A DNA stretch of 32,000 nt from Gynuella sp. (GCA_028282465.1 JANQHX010000030.1:16191-48190), one strand, 5' to 3'. Shown: positions 1 to 9,790, counted from the stretch's first letter. A program made the numbers and translations. Notes: a model not told the origin generated them from the letters alone.

Positions 1-510
1 TTACCTGAGCAAAACCCTGAACTCACTATTTTATTAAAAAAAGACAAAGACTTATTCTCTAGTGAGTTTGAAGAAAAACCTCTTGAACACTTTTTGCCTG
101 AAGCATTTGGCCCTGCTGATTTAGATATTTCAGATAGACTGATGTTACCCGTGACTCATGAAGTAAAAGTAGAGGGCGAAGCAGATTTAGAGAAGCTGGC
201 CATCTCAGCCGCTAGCAAAAGCTATGTGCCTTACACTCAATGTATCGCAGGGGTAGCAATCGAAACTCGGGATGGTCGAAAGATAGCAGGGCGCTATGCA
301 GAAAATGCTGCTTATAATCCAAGCTTGTCGCCCATGCATTCTGCTTTGAGTCAATTGAACTTAAACACGCCACCCGATACTGAATTTGAAGTGAAGTCTG
401 TGGTGTTGGCAGAAAGGGTGATGGCGAATGGCGCGAGTCAACGTCGATTGACGGAATCAATGGTGAATGCAGTGCAACCAGACGCTGAGTTTAGTTATAT
501 TGCTCTTTAA
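1..510 (+). CDS. cdd: Cytidine deaminase, C-terminal part (5' end outside the window)
   Basis: Frame 1 is open from base 1 to the stop at 508-510. Contains CdD-like C-terminal segments: FGPADL, AISAASKSYVPYTQCIAGVAIETRDGRKIAGRYAENAAYNPSLSPMHSAL. The ORF-track start at 94 is a TTG inside the gene. Confidence 0.85.
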   Translation, partial: LPEQNPELTILLKKDKDLFSSEFEEKPLEHFLPEAFGPADLDISDRLMLPVTHEVKVEGEADLEKLAISAASKSYVPYTQCIAGVAIETRDGRKIAGRYAENAAYNPSLSPMHSALSQLNLNTPPDTEFEVKSVVLAERVMANGASQRRLTESMVNAVQPDAEFSYIAL

Positions 511-541
511 AAAATTAGCAGCCTAAAACTATTTGGCTGCT
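511..541 (-). terminator. Rho-independent terminator of the deo operon
   Basis: Inverted repeat AGCAGCC(517-523)/GGCTGCT(535-541). On the minus strand it is followed by AATTTTTTAAAG. It sits in the gap between convergent cdd and deoD. Confidence 0.75.
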
Positions 542-572
542 GTTATAGAGCGTATGGGATTTTAAAAAATGA

Positions 573-1277
573 TTAAAGCAAAGATTCCAATGCCATTTCA
601 ATCATGTCGTTAAATGTGGTTTGACGTTCTTCAGAACTGGTTTTTTCTCCGGTACGAATGTGGTCTGAAATAGTAACTATGCATAATGCCGACTTACCAC
701 ATTCAGCGGCTACACCATATAAACCTGCTGCTTCCATTTCAACAGCGAGCACACCATGCTTTTCCATTAAGTCAAACATCTGAGGTTGAGGGGTGTAGAA
801 TAAGTCGGCAGAAAATACATTGCCTACTTTAACAGGCATGGCATTCGCTTTGGCTTTTTCGACTACAGCGCTGAGTAAGTTGTAGTCGGCAATGGCAGCA
901 AAGTCGTTTCCACCAAATCTTATGCGATTCACATTAGAGTCTGTACATGCGCCCATTCCCACTACTACATCTCTGATTTTTACAGAATTACTAACCGCGC
1001 CTGCTGTGCCTACTCGAATGATGTTTTTAACACCGTATTCCATGTAAAGCTCTTTGGCATAAATTGAACAACTGGGAATACCCATACCCGACCCCATGAC
1101 TGAAACCGGTTTGCCTTTATAAGTTCCGGTGAAGCCCAGCATATTTCGAACGTCATTCACTTGCTCGGCATTTTCAAAAAATGTCTCTGCAATATATTTT
1201 GCACGTAACGGATCACCGGGAAACAACACAGTTTCAGCAAAAGCGCCAGAAGGGGCGTTGATATGAGGTGTCGGCAT
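573..1277 (-). CDS. deoD: Purine-nucleoside phosphorylase, DeoD type
   Basis: [62 protein letters not shown] and SDHIRTGE are typical of DeoD; deo gene neighbourhood. Confidence 0.95.
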   Translation of the reverse strand: MPTPHINAPSGAFAETVLFPGDPLRAKYIAETFFENAEQVNDVRNMLGFTGTYKGKPVSVMGSGMGIPSCSIYAKELYMEYGVKNIIRVGTAGAVSNSVKIRDVVVGMGACTDSNVNRIRFGGNDFAAIADYNLLSAVVEKAKANAMPVKVGNVFSADLFYTPQPQMFDLMEKHGVLAVEMEAAGLYGVAAECGKSALCIVTISDHIRTGEKTSSEERQTTFNDMIEMALESLL

Positions 1278-1352
1278 AGATTACTCCTAAAATAGAGGGC
1301 ACTCTTTAATGGCTAACATTTTTTATGGCGCCCAAAAGTTACTAGTCTGTTA

Positions 1353-2579
1353 TTAAAAATCTGTCGTTAAAAAGTTTTCGCCGTGCTCGAAGGCAGGCAA
1401 TGAAAAATAGCTCGCTAAGGACTGTCCAATATCTGCGAAGGTTTGTCGCTTACCAATGTTTTTAGCCGATAGGTTTTTACCATAAGCAATTACTGGAATG
1501 TGTTCTCTGGTGTGATCTGTTCCTTGCCAGGTCGGATCACAGCCATGGTCGGCGGTAATAATAAGTACGTCATCGGGCGCCATTTTTTGTAACAGCTCAG
1601 GCAAACGATTGTCGAAGTATTCGAGCGCTTCTGCATAGCCAGCAACATTACGACGATGGCCAAACGAGGAATCAAAATCCACGAAGTTGGTAAAAATTAA
1701 ACTATTGTTTCGGGACTCATCCATTTGTTCTAACGTAGTGTTAAACAGAGCCTCAAGGCCAGTGGCCTTAATTTTCTCGGAAATTCCCTGGTGAGCATAA
1801 ATATCAGCAATTTTTCCAATACTGATCACTTTGCCCCCTTGATCCGTTAGCTTATCCAGCAGAGTAGGGGCCGGTGGTAACACTGAATAATCTCGACGGT
1901 TTCCAGTTCGGGCAAAGTTGGTTTTATCCGTGCCAATAAATGGCCGAGCAATCACACGGCCAATGTTTAAATCATCCAGAAGATCTCGTGCCAATTCACA
2001 CAGATCCAATAGGCGTTGCAGTCCGAAAGTTTCTTCATGGCAGGCGATCTGAAACACGCTGTCTGCCGAGGTGTAAAAGATGGGTTTGCCAGTGGCCATA
2101 TGTTCTGCACCTAGGCGCTCTAAAATGTCTGTGCCTGATGCGTGGCAATTGCCTAGGTAACCGGGCAGGTCAGCCTTTTCGACTAATTCGTCCAACAACC
2201 ATTGAGGAAAACTGTTTTCTTCATCAGAAAAATAACCCCAGTCTTTAAACACCGGCACACCGGCAATTTCCCAGTGACCACTTGGGGTATCTTTTCCTGT
2301 GGACAGTTCTTCGGCATAGCCATATCGACCTATGGGGTCAATGTCGGTGCTCAGACCTGGAATGTTTTCTCCTGCGGATTCAGCTCCTAATCGACCCAAG
2401 CCAAGCATATTAAGATTGGGTAATGTCAAAGGCCCTTGGCGATTGATATTCGCTTTCCCTTGGTCACAGTGCTGAGCAATGTGCAATAACGTGTTGGAAC
2501 CGGTATCTCCAAAACGGTCTGCATCCGCAGTTGCGCCAACGCCAAAGGAATCCAGCACTAAAATAATGGCTCGTTTCAT
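1353..2579 (-). CDS. deoB: Phosphopentomutase
   Basis: [73 protein letters not shown]; alkaline-phosphatase superfamily metal motifs. Confidence 0.96.
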   Translation of the reverse strand: MKRAIILVLDSFGVGATADADRFGDTGSNTLLHIAQHCDQGKANINRQGPLTLPNLNMLGLGRLGAESAGENIPGLSTDIDPIGRYGYAEELSTGKDTPSGHWEIAGVPVFKDWGYFSDEENSFPQWLLDELVEKADLPGYLGNCHASGTDILERLGAEHMATGKPIFYTSADSVFQIACHEETFGLQRLLDLCELARDLLDDLNIGRVIARPFIGTDKTNFARTGNRRDYSVLPPAPTLLDKLTDQGGKVISIGKIADIYAHQGISEKIKATGLEALFNTTLEQMDESRNNSLIFTNFVDFDSSFGHRRNVAGYAEALEYFDNRLPELLQKMAPDDVLIITADHGCDPTWQGTDHTREHIPVIAYGKNLSAKNIGKRQTFADIGQSLASYFSLPAFEHGENFLTTDF

Positions 2580-2591
2580 ATCCGTTGCCCT

Positions 2592-3929
2592 CTATTGCCC
2601 CATGCTAGGAGAAATGACTTCATGCACCACTGGTGGTAGTTCCACCGGGCTGTCAGAAATTGAAACAGCTTTGGAAATCCGGTCAGCTGCTTCATCCCAA
2701 TCGTTTTGATTGGCTGCATGAATCATGACTAACTCATCTCCAGCCTGATATTGTTCACCCAGTTGACGCCAATGAGACAAGCCCACTCGGTGATCAATGG
2801 TATCTGTAGGTGCTTTACGACCGCCACCCAGGCCAACTACGGATAGACCGATTTCGCGGGTATCCATGGCAGAAATATATCCACTGCTGTTTAGCTTTAA
2901 TGGCTCAATAACAGGCGCTTCAGCGAAATGACTCTGCCATTTAGATTCGAAATCTGTTGGGCCACCCAGATAACCAACCATCTTGAAAAAGATTTCAGCA
3001 GCTTTGCCAGAATCCAGAGCCTCGTTAAATTCACTTAAGGCTAAGTCTCGGGTATCGCATAGCCCTGAACTCATCAGCATTTCAATGGCGAGTGCTTGGG
3101 TGGCTTGGTGCAATCGTGAATGACGTTTTTCGCCGATTAAATACTCGATGGCTTCAACGGTTTCCAAAGCATTGCCCGCAGTCCATGCCAGGGGTTGGCT
3201 CATATCTGTTAACAATGCCGAGGTTTTGCAGCCTGCTCGGTTTGCCACAACCACAATGCTTTCTGCCAATTCTTTAGAGAGTTGGTAGGTCGGCATAAAG
3301 GCCCCTGAACCCACTTTTACATCCATCACCAAAGAATCCAGACCTTCCGCCAGTTTCTTACTTAAAATGGATGCCGTAATTAGAGGGATAGACTCTACTG
3401 TGGCAGTCACATCACGAATGCCATATAGACGTTTGTCAGCTGGTGCCAATTGTCCGGTTTGACCAATAATGGCGACACCACATTCCTTAACGGTTTTTTC
3501 GAATGTGCTGTTGGTCGGGGTAACGTTATAACCTTCAATGGCTTCTAGTTTGTCTAGCGTGCCGCCGGTATGGCCCAAGCCACGACCAGCAATCATAGGT
3601 ACAAAACCGCCGCAGGCCGCTACGATAGGCCCCAACATTAAAGACACCACATCACCGACACCACCGGTCGAATGTTTATCAACAGTCGGGCCGGGAAGGT
3701 TTAAATGATTCCATGCCATGACGTCACCCGAGTCTCGCATGGCACAGGTTAACGCTGTGCGCTCTGCCATAGACATGCCATTAAAATAGATTGCCATGGC
3801 CCAGGCTGCGACTTGCCCTTCGCTTAAACTGCCATTGCTAATGCCCTGAACCATAAATTCAATGGCTTCATTGGGTAGTGCTTTGTTATCTCGTTTGTCT
3901 CGAATAATTTCTTGAGGTAGATACATCAT
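2592..3929 (-). CDS. deoA: Thymidine phosphorylase
   Basis: [26 protein letters not shown] and [50 protein letters not shown]. The track start at 3941 is a TTG overlapping a GGAGGG Shine-Dalgarno; the likely start is ATG at 3929 (or 3926). Confidence 0.95.
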   Translation of the reverse strand: MMYLPQEIIRDKRDNKALPNEAIEFMVQGISNGSLSEGQVAAWAMAIYFNGMSMAERTALTCAMRDSGDVMAWNHLNLPGPTVDKHSTGGVGDVVSLMLGPIVAACGGFVPMIAGRGLGHTGGTLDKLEAIEGYNVTPTNSTFEKTVKECGVAIIGQTGQLAPADKRLYGIRDVTATVESIPLITASILSKKLAEGLDSLVMDVKVGSGAFMPTYQLSKELAESIVVVANRAGCKTSALLTDMSQPLAWTAGNALETVEAIEYLIGEKRHSRLHQATQALAIEMLMSSGLCDTRDLALSEFNEALDSGKAAEIFFKMVGYLGGPTDFESKWQSHFAEAPVIEPLKLNSSGYISAMDTREIGLSVVGLGGGRKAPTDTIDHRVGLSHWRQLGEQYQAGDELVMIHAANQNDWDEAADRISKAVSISDSPVELPPVVHEVISPSMGQ

Positions 3930-3959
3930 ATTACCCTCCAATTAACCTGATATTGGTCT

Positions 3960-4742
3960 TTAGTACTGACTTTGCCTTTCGACCTTTTCACCACCGACCG
4001 TTTCGCCACCTAAGGTGGCCTGCAGAGATGCCAATAGGCCAGAGGCTCCAAAACGAAAGTGTGCCTGTGTTACCCAATCCGCGCCCATGATTCCGTTGGC
4101 CAGTTCAATGTAATCTGCTGCTTGTTCGGTGGATCTCACTCCGCCAGCAGCCTTAAAACCACATGCTGGATTAAGTTCTTTAATGCAGTTCAACATAATC
4201 TCCGCGGCTTCCAATGTGGCATTCACCGGTACTTTGCCAGTAGAGGTTTTAATAAAGTTGGCACCGGCCTGAATGGCAATGGTGCTGGCCTGTTTTATCA
4301 AGTCAGGCTCTGCCAATTCACCGGATTCAATAATGACTTTTAGAATGGCTTGGTCGCCACAGGCAGCTTTGCATCTTTCCACCAGCTGCTGTCCAATCTC
4401 AACATCGCCGGCTTTTAGTGCTCGCCAGGGGAAGACCACATCTACCTCATCAGCACCCAGTGCAACGGCGTCGCGGGTTTCTGACTCTGCACGACTGATG
4501 TCAGCGCTGCCATCTGGAAAGTTGGTGACGGTTGCCACTTTGACATCTGTTTGACCCAACTGCTTTTTAGCGGTTTTGATAAACTGAGGATAAAGACAGA
4601 CAGCCGCTACATTGCCATGTTCACTCGATGCGTTTGAACACAGCTTTTCAATGACTGGATCATTGTCGTCATCATTTAAAGATGTCAGATCCATCAGGCT
4701 TAGTGCCTGAGCGGCAATTGCTTTCTTGTCCATATCAGTCAT
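3960..4742 (-). CDS. deoC: Deoxyribose-phosphate aldolase
   Basis: [64 protein letters not shown]. The track start at 4754 is a TTG inside TTGGAG; ATG at 4742 is better placed. Confidence 0.94.
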   Translation of the reverse strand: MTDMDKKAIAAQALSLMDLTSLNDDDNDPVIEKLCSNASSEHGNVAAVCLYPQFIKTAKKQLGQTDVKVATVTNFPDGSADISRAESETRDAVALGADEVDVVFPWRALKAGDVEIGQQLVERCKAACGDQAILKVIIESGELAEPDLIKQASTIAIQAGANFIKTSTGKVPVNATLEAAEIMLNCIKELNPACGFKAAGGVRSTEQAADYIELANGIMGADWVTQAHFRFGASGLLASLQATLGGETVGGEKVERQSQY

Positions 4743-4786
4743 TTTTTTCTCCAATAATTAACTTGTGATCAGTGGCTAATAGACCA

Positions 4787-6031
4787 TTAAATTGCTGTGA
4801 AAAGCCCGGCCAGCGATGCACTCATCAGGTTAGCCAATGACGCTGCGAATACTGCTTTTAATCCCATCTTGGCAATATCGCCTCGACGACCGGGTGCCAT
4901 ACCACCAATACCTCCCAATAGAATGGCAATAGACGACAGGTTGGCAAAGCCACAAAGTGCAAAGGTCACGATAATTTGCGTGTGCTCACTTAATGAATCT
5001 TTCACACTGACAAAATCTATATAGGCCACAAATTCATTCACAATGAGTTTTTGACCAATGAAACTCCCAGCCTGTATTGCTTCAGCCCAAGGTACTCCGA
5101 TTAACCAAGCCAGCGGCGCAAAGACATATCCTAAAATCTCTTGAATGGTGAGAGTCTCAAAACCAAACCAGCCACCAACACCGCCCACCATGGCGTTCAT
5201 GAGTGCAATCAAACCGATAAATGCTAGAAGCATGGCCCCTACATTTAGAGCAAGTGTAAGACCAGAGCTAGCACCAGACGCGGCAGCATCAATGACATTA
5301 GCGGGCTTATTGTCATCGTCTTCTACCAGTACTTTACCTAAGTCGGTTCGTGCGGTTTCGGTTTCAGGTTGAATGATTTTAGCCATTAACAAACCGCCGG
5401 GTGCTGCCATGAAAGAGGCGGCAATTAAATATTTCAGTTCAACACCCAATCCGGCATAGCCTGCCAACACTGAGCCTGCTACCGATGCTAGGCCACCCAC
5501 CATAATGGCGAATAGCTCAGATTGAGTCATTTTAGGAATAAAAGGTCGAACCACTAACGGCGCTTCAGTCTGGCCTACAAAAATATTGGCGGTGGCTGAC
5601 ATGGATTCAGTGCGGCTGGTGCCTAACAATTTATGAATACCGCCACCAATCAGCAAAATGATTTTCTGCATAATGCCCAGGTGATACAGCACCGCAATGA
5701 GCGCAGAAAAGAACACAATAATGGGTAAGACTCTTAAGGCGAAGACGAATCCACCACCGCCAAATACTTCAAACATCTGGTTACTGACTAGGCCTCCAAA
5801 TAAGAAACTGATGCCTGCCTGGGCACTGTCAATCACGCTCTGCACACCGCCAGATATAGCTTGCAGGACGTCTTTACCAAAGGGTACATAGAGTACAAAA
5901 GCACCCAGGGCTGCCTGCAGACCAAAGGCGCCTGCGACGGTTCGATAGTTGATAGCTTTGCGATTACTTGAAATCCCAAAGGCCACTAATAATAAAAATG
6001 CTATGCCGATTAAGCTCATTAAGGCGTTCAT
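4787..6031 (-). CDS. nupC: NupC-family concentrative nucleoside transporter
   Basis: SLIGIAFLLLVAFGISSNRKAINYRTV, GQTEAPLVVRPFIPKMTQSELFAIMVGGLASVAGSVLAGY, FALCGFANLSSIAILLGGIGGMAPGRR; GAGG Shine-Dalgarno upstream. Confidence 0.94.
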   Translation of the reverse strand: MNALMSLIGIAFLLLVAFGISSNRKAINYRTVAGAFGLQAALGAFVLYVPFGKDVLQAISGGVQSVIDSAQAGISFLFGGLVSNQMFEVFGGGGFVFALRVLPIIVFFSALIAVLYHLGIMQKIILLIGGGIHKLLGTSRTESMSATANIFVGQTEAPLVVRPFIPKMTQSELFAIMVGGLASVAGSVLAGYAGLGVELKYLIAASFMAAPGGLLMAKIIQPETETARTDLGKVLVEDDDNKPANVIDAAASGASSGLTLALNVGAMLLAFIGLIALMNAMVGGVGGWFGFETLTIQEILGYVFAPLAWLIGVPWAEAIQAGSFIGQKLIVNEFVAYIDFVSVKDSLSEHTQIIVTFALCGFANLSSIAILLGGIGGMAPGRRGDIAKMGLKAVFAASLANLMSASLAGLFTAI

Positions 6032-6085
6032 AAATACCTCTTACTTCTTGTTATTTATTTTTGAGCAATGGTTTATCTCGACTGA

Positions 6086-6256
6086 TTAAGTGAAAAGCCA
6101 CTGCATGATTAATTTGTATCCTTCGCCCCCCAGGTAAACCCCTACAATGCCGATAATGCCAGACAGCACTGGTGGCGCTGGTAAAGGTAACTGAAGCATG
6201 GAGAACAGAGCGCCAACGCCTGCTCCTGCAATAAGTGCCAGTATGATTTCCTGCAT
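6086..6256 (-). CDS. XapX-domain small membrane protein (DUF1427-like)
   Basis: MQEIILALIAGAGVGALFSMLQLPLPAPPVLSGIIGIVGVYLGGEGYKLI. ATG at 6256 follows AGGGGG; the track start at 6274 is a TTG upstream of that RBS. Confidence 0.78.
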   Translation of the reverse strand: MQEIILALIAGAGVGALFSMLQLPLPAPPVLSGIIGIVGVYLGGEGYKLIMQWLFT

Positions 6257-6286
6257 GTCACACCCCCTGAACAAAAATAAAAATGA

Positions 6287-6303
6287 CGTTCATTGATTGA
6301 ACG
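6287..6303. promoter_or_regulatory. Short inverted repeat, candidate operator
   Basis: CGTTCA-TTGAT-TGAACG directly upstream of the xapX Shine-Dalgarno. Confidence 0.3.
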
Positions 6304-6346
6304 AATCACTGATCTGAGGAAGATTTTAGGAATGAGCTTGAGCTCA

Positions 6347-6368
6347 AAATGTGACGCAGATCACTTTT
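6347..6368. promoter_or_regulatory. Putative CRP (cAMP receptor protein) binding site
   Basis: AAATGTGACGCAGATCACTTTT against the CRP consensus AAATGTGATCTAGATCACATTT, between divergent xapX and the 6418 gene. CRP control of deo/nup genes is established in enterobacteria. Confidence 0.82.
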
Positions 6369-6417
6369 AAAGTTTGATCAATCGTTCTTAATTTGGGTAT
6401 TTACCATTTCTGTTGGC

Positions 6418-7818
6418 ATGGCTCGTTGGGGTAGGAAAATGACGGTTTACCAAAGGCAATTTAATTGTTGTAAGGCTTTTGGCTGCACAGAGCTGGGCAA
6501 AACATCAGAAAGCCCGGAAAAAGTCCATGACATGGGGTTTGAATCGACGTATTGCCCTAAGTGCAGTAGCTTCCCGCCTTGGGTTGATGATGAGACCGTG
6601 TGTTCTTTAATTGACGAGCTCAAGGACCAGCATTTTTCCCTTAAGCCAGTGGGGTGCCCCCAATGCTTGCCAAGATTTTTTGAAACTCAGCCTGAAGCTA
6701 GCCGTTATGGTAAAACATCAGCAGGACGGCAGCGCCTTAAGTGCCAGCGTTGTAGCAAAATATTCACCCCTGGAAGTATTGACCCTGACCCCAGGTGGAG
6801 TCAGATCATTCAGGGGGTGTTAGGGAAACGACCCGCGTTATCCATAGCATATGACATTGATGTGGCGCCTAAGGTCTATTACCAGCTATTGAATCGCCTG
6901 GCTAACGGGCTTCGAATAATGTCCCGTAAGCTGGAATCTGATCACGGCAAAAGACCCTTTATGGCAATTCTGACCGAAAGTAAGGTGCTGCCCTTTAAGC
7001 ATGGACATTCACTGTGGGCATTGACCAGCTGCGACGCCAACACAGGGTACGTACTGCTAAATACAACTAACTTAAGCCAGAACCCAATTCCCCTAGAAGG
7101 CCAATACTCAGCGAAAGAATTCAACCGCTCGAAACCCTATCACCAACTTGGGTTATATAAAGCCTTGGTTAAACGATATGAAAACACCATGGCTAGGCTT
7201 AATTATGAAAATCTTAACTATGGGATTGCCAAACCCATTGCTCGCGCTCAATTAGTAAAGCCAGCATTGGTGGCTTATGCCCACTTTCAACTCCTGCGTA
7301 ACTTCACCCAGCATTGCGAACATTTTCATCACTATTTGGAGCATGAAAGTTGTATTCGAGGGGCTGGCTTAATGGGCAGTTTTGACGAAATAAAGCAGGG
7401 CAATGCAGACGTGTTTTATGTGTTTCGGCATCATCACAGTGGCAAAGAACTAAGTGAAGAGGGGGTTAATATTGGCTGGTGGAATGACCGCTGGTATCCG
7501 TTTAGAGCTGGCGCTTGGAGCCCCATCACTCCAAGAAAGCAGTTTAGAAAGAACTTTCATTTAGAGCTTCCTTTAGCTGTTAAAAACGCCTTTAAGCACT
7601 TATTGGGTGTGCTACCAAAAGAAATCAAAAGCCCTCAGCCATTATTAGCCATTATGGAAATTCAACGCTGCTTTTATAACTTCTGTAATCATGACGCAGC
7701 AGGCTACACACCCGCAATGCGCCAGGGTTTTACAGATTTGGTTTGGAATACTGATATGTTGGTTAACGCGATGGTGAAGGAAGTGAATAATTTTCACGAC
7801 TTGGATGCCAACTTATAA
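6418..7818 (+). CDS. Uncharacterised zinc-ribbon, transposase-like protein
   Basis: 466-aa ORF with Cys pairs (YCPKCSS; GCPQC...YGKTSAGRQRLKCQRCSKIFTPG) resembling the Zn-ribbon of IS1/IS1595-like transposases. The following LWALTSCDANTGYVLLN resembles an RNase H-like beta hairpin. No terminal inverted repeats noticed. Confidence 0.55.
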   Translation: MARWGRKMTVYQRQFNCCKAFGCTELGKTSESPEKVHDMGFESTYCPKCSSFPPWVDDETVCSLIDELKDQHFSLKPVGCPQCLPRFFETQPEASRYGKTSAGRQRLKCQRCSKIFTPGSIDPDPRWSQIIQGVLGKRPALSIAYDIDVAPKVYYQLLNRLANGLRIMSRKLESDHGKRPFMAILTESKVLPFKHGHSLWALTSCDANTGYVLLNTTNLSQNPIPLEGQYSAKEFNRSKPYHQLGLYKALVKRYENTMARLNYENLNYGIAKPIARAQLVKPALVAYAHFQLLRNFTQHCEHFHHYLEHESCIRGAGLMGSFDEIKQGNADVFYVFRHHHSGKELSEEGVNIGWWNDRWYPFRAGAWSPITPRKQFRKNFHLELPLAVKNAFKHLLGVLPKEIKSPQPLLAIMEIQRCFYNFCNHDAAGYTPAMRQGFTDLVWNTDMLVNAMVKEVNNFHDLDANL

Positions 7819-7955
7819 CTCTCCACCCAAAAATGTTTACTCGCGAAACAGCTAATTACCGATTCTGTTGGTGAGATATTGGCGAGAGTGTCTGAACAAT
7901 AATCACTCCTTTTGTAAAGGTATTAGTACACACAAGAAACTTATTGATTAATAAA

Positions 7956-7972
7956 TGAGAATGAATATCATT
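7956..7972. promoter_or_regulatory. Putative Fur box
   Basis: TGAGAAT-G-AATATCATT, close to the 7-1-7 consensus TGATAATNATTATCA (12 of 14 non-spacer positions), about 50 bp upstream of the ORF at 8023. Confidence 0.7.
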
Positions 7973-8022
7973 AGCCTGTATGTGGATATTATTTATCCAG
8001 TTCAATCAACAGGTTTAAGAAA

Positions 8023-8460
8023 ATGCTAGAAAAATGGAAAGACCTAAATAGAAGTGGCGATAAGCTTTACCTTGAGAAAAACTATCAGAAAGCAGTGTTC
8101 GTTTATAAGAATGCTATACACTCTGCGCAAGACAACTGGCTTAGGTTCGCCACAAAAAATGAATTTTTTTCTAGATATACGATGAGTTGTCGTAATTTAG
8201 CGAACTGCTTACAAAGTGACTGTAAATCTCAGGAAGCACAAGACCAACTTCGAGAATGTTATTTCAAGCTAACGTCTGAATTAAATAGCAAACCTAAATG
8301 TAATCACTTGAAGTCATTGGTGAATTTCAGCTATCGAGCACTTGCTTCACATATTCAAAGCAATGGTTGCTTAATGGGGGAAGGGTCTAAAACCTACCTT
8401 GATGTGCACAGTTGCAATGAACAGTGCAATCAGTGTTTAAGTAATAGTATGGTTCACTGA
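8023..8460 (+). CDS. Hypothetical protein with TPR-like N-terminus and Cys-rich C-terminus
   Basis: Starts MLEKWKDLNRSGDKLYLEKNYQKAVFVYKNAI (TPR-like helix pair). Nine cysteines by hand count, including terminal CNEQCNQC. Confidence 0.55.
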   Translation: MLEKWKDLNRSGDKLYLEKNYQKAVFVYKNAIHSAQDNWLRFATKNEFFSRYTMSCRNLANCLQSDCKSQEAQDQLRECYFKLTSELNSKPKCNHLKSLVNFSYRALASHIQSNGCLMGEGSKTYLDVHSCNEQCNQCLSNSMVH

Positions 8461-8730
8461 ATTCATTGCTTTTTCAGAATTCATACATTGAATAAGAACC
8501 AAAGATAAAGGCTGTTTAAATTTCAGGCAGCTCAAACTTGTTAATTCAGTTTTAATAAATCTGCTAAATTTTTATCGAACTTCTATTCCAATAGAGTGAA
8601 CAATAACGAGAGTAGTTTGGTATTAAATCCAATTTACTTGTGCGCACTTAGATTCGAACATCTCCAACAATTTCTATCGTTCAATAACCTTATTTTTAGT
8701 GCGAATCAGTTAAGAGGCAGTAAGTAAAGA

Positions 8731-8745
8731 AAAATCATTCTCAAT
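8731..8745. promoter_or_regulatory. Weak Fur-like site upstream of the first bfr
   Basis: GAAAAATCATTCTCA; its reverse complement TGAGAATGATTTTTC partly matches the 7-1-7 Fur consensus. Confidence 0.3.
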
Positions 8746-8838
8746 TAAAATTCTGATTAGCTAAATACGTTATTTAATGGATGACATTTAAATGAATTCA
8801 TCTATTCTATAACGGTTTTCGAAGGACAGGGGAAGGAT

Positions 8839-9312
8839 ATGCAGGGCGACACCAAAGTGATTAATGCTTTAAATAAAGTGTTAACCAATGAACTCACTTC
8901 AATCAATCAATATTTTCTACATGCAAGGATGTTCAAAAATTGGGGCTTAAATGGACTTGATAAAAAGTCTTACAAGAAATCAATTAAGGACATGAAACAA
9001 TCTGATGAACTCATAGAGCGAATTTTATTTCTTGAAGGTTTGCCTAATTTACAAGCATTAGGCCAGTTAAGAATTGGTGAACATACCGTTGAAATGCTTG
9101 AGTGCGATATGGAGTTTCAGGTTGAGCAAGTTAAACTCCTTAAAGAAACTATTGAGCTTTGCGAATCTTCCTCTGATTACATTTCAAGAGAGTTATTAGA
9201 AGAAATTTTAGAATACGAAGAAGAGCATATTGATTGGATTGAAACTCAGCAATATCTGATCAGTAATACTGGATTAGAGAATTACTTACAATCTCAAATT
9301 GGCGAAGAGTAG
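8839..9312 (+). CDS. bfr: Bacterioferritin, heme-ligand-type subunit with degenerate ferroxidase centre
   Basis: MQGDTKVINALNKVLTNELTSINQYFLHARMFKNWGL... is strongly Bfr-like. Met52 is present; ferroxidase positions 51, 54 and 94 (E. coli numbering) are D, Q and Q. Confidence 0.93.
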   Translation: MQGDTKVINALNKVLTNELTSINQYFLHARMFKNWGLNGLDKKSYKKSIKDMKQSDELIERILFLEGLPNLQALGQLRIGEHTVEMLECDMEFQVEQVKLLKETIELCESSSDYISRELLEEILEYEEEHIDWIETQQYLISNTGLENYLQSQIGEE

Positions 9313-9322
9313 GAGCTAAATT

Positions 9323-9790
9323 ATGCAAGGCAAACAGAACGTTATTGACGCATTGAACAGAATATTAGCTCTTGAACTGGCTGCAATGGATCAGTATTTC
9401 ATACACTCAGAAATGTATGCCGATTGGGGACTGACGAAATTATACGATCGTATTTCCCATGAGTTTGAAGATGAGAAAGGTCATGCCAAAGCACTCATCG
9501 AAAGGATGCTGTTTTTAGAAGGCACTCCAGACATGGTGACTCGTGATCCGATACACATCGGTAAAGACGTGCCTGAAATGCTCCAGTCAGACTTAAACGT
9601 TGAGTACGCCGTTCAAAAAGAACTGTTAACGGCCATTAAGCTGTGTGAAGACGAGCAGGATTATGTCAGTCGGGAAGTTCTGGAAAAACTACTCGAAGAT
9701 ACGGAAGTTGATCACGCCTGGTGGTTAGAAAAGCAGCTTGGTCTGATACAAAAGGTCGGTTTGCAAAACTACATTCAATCTCAGATGTAG
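9323..9790 (+). CDS. bfr: Bacterioferritin, ferroxidase-type subunit lacking heme Met52
   Basis: MQGKQNVIDALNRILALELAAMDQYFIHSEMYADWGL... Retains E18, E51, H54, E94 and ExxH; position 52 is Lys. Lies 10 bp downstream of the first bfr. Confidence 0.93.
   Translation: MQGKQNVIDALNRILALELAAMDQYFIHSEMYADWGLTKLYDRISHEFEDEKGHAKALIERMLFLEGTPDMVTRDPIHIGKDVPEMLQSDLNVEYAVQKELLTAIKLCEDEQDYVSREVLEKLLEDTEVDHAWWLEKQLGLIQKVGLQNYIQSQM

Noticed and set aside
212-460. Minus-strand ORF opposite cdd
   Set aside because: Antisense to a clear cdd frame, no recognisable protein; treated as shadow ORF.
1490-2390. ORFs at 1490-1675, 1940-2248 and 2202-2390 on + opposite deoB
   Set aside because: Low-complexity shadow frames antisense to a well-conserved enzyme.
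4059-5891. ORFs on + opposite deoC and nupC, and minus-strand frames inside them
   Set aside because: Conserved deoC/nupC frames account for the DNA; products do not resemble proteins.
6418-7818. Interpretation as an active insertion sequence
   Set aside because: No terminal inverted repeats or target duplications were visible in the flanks, and a regulatory-looking intergenic region precedes it.
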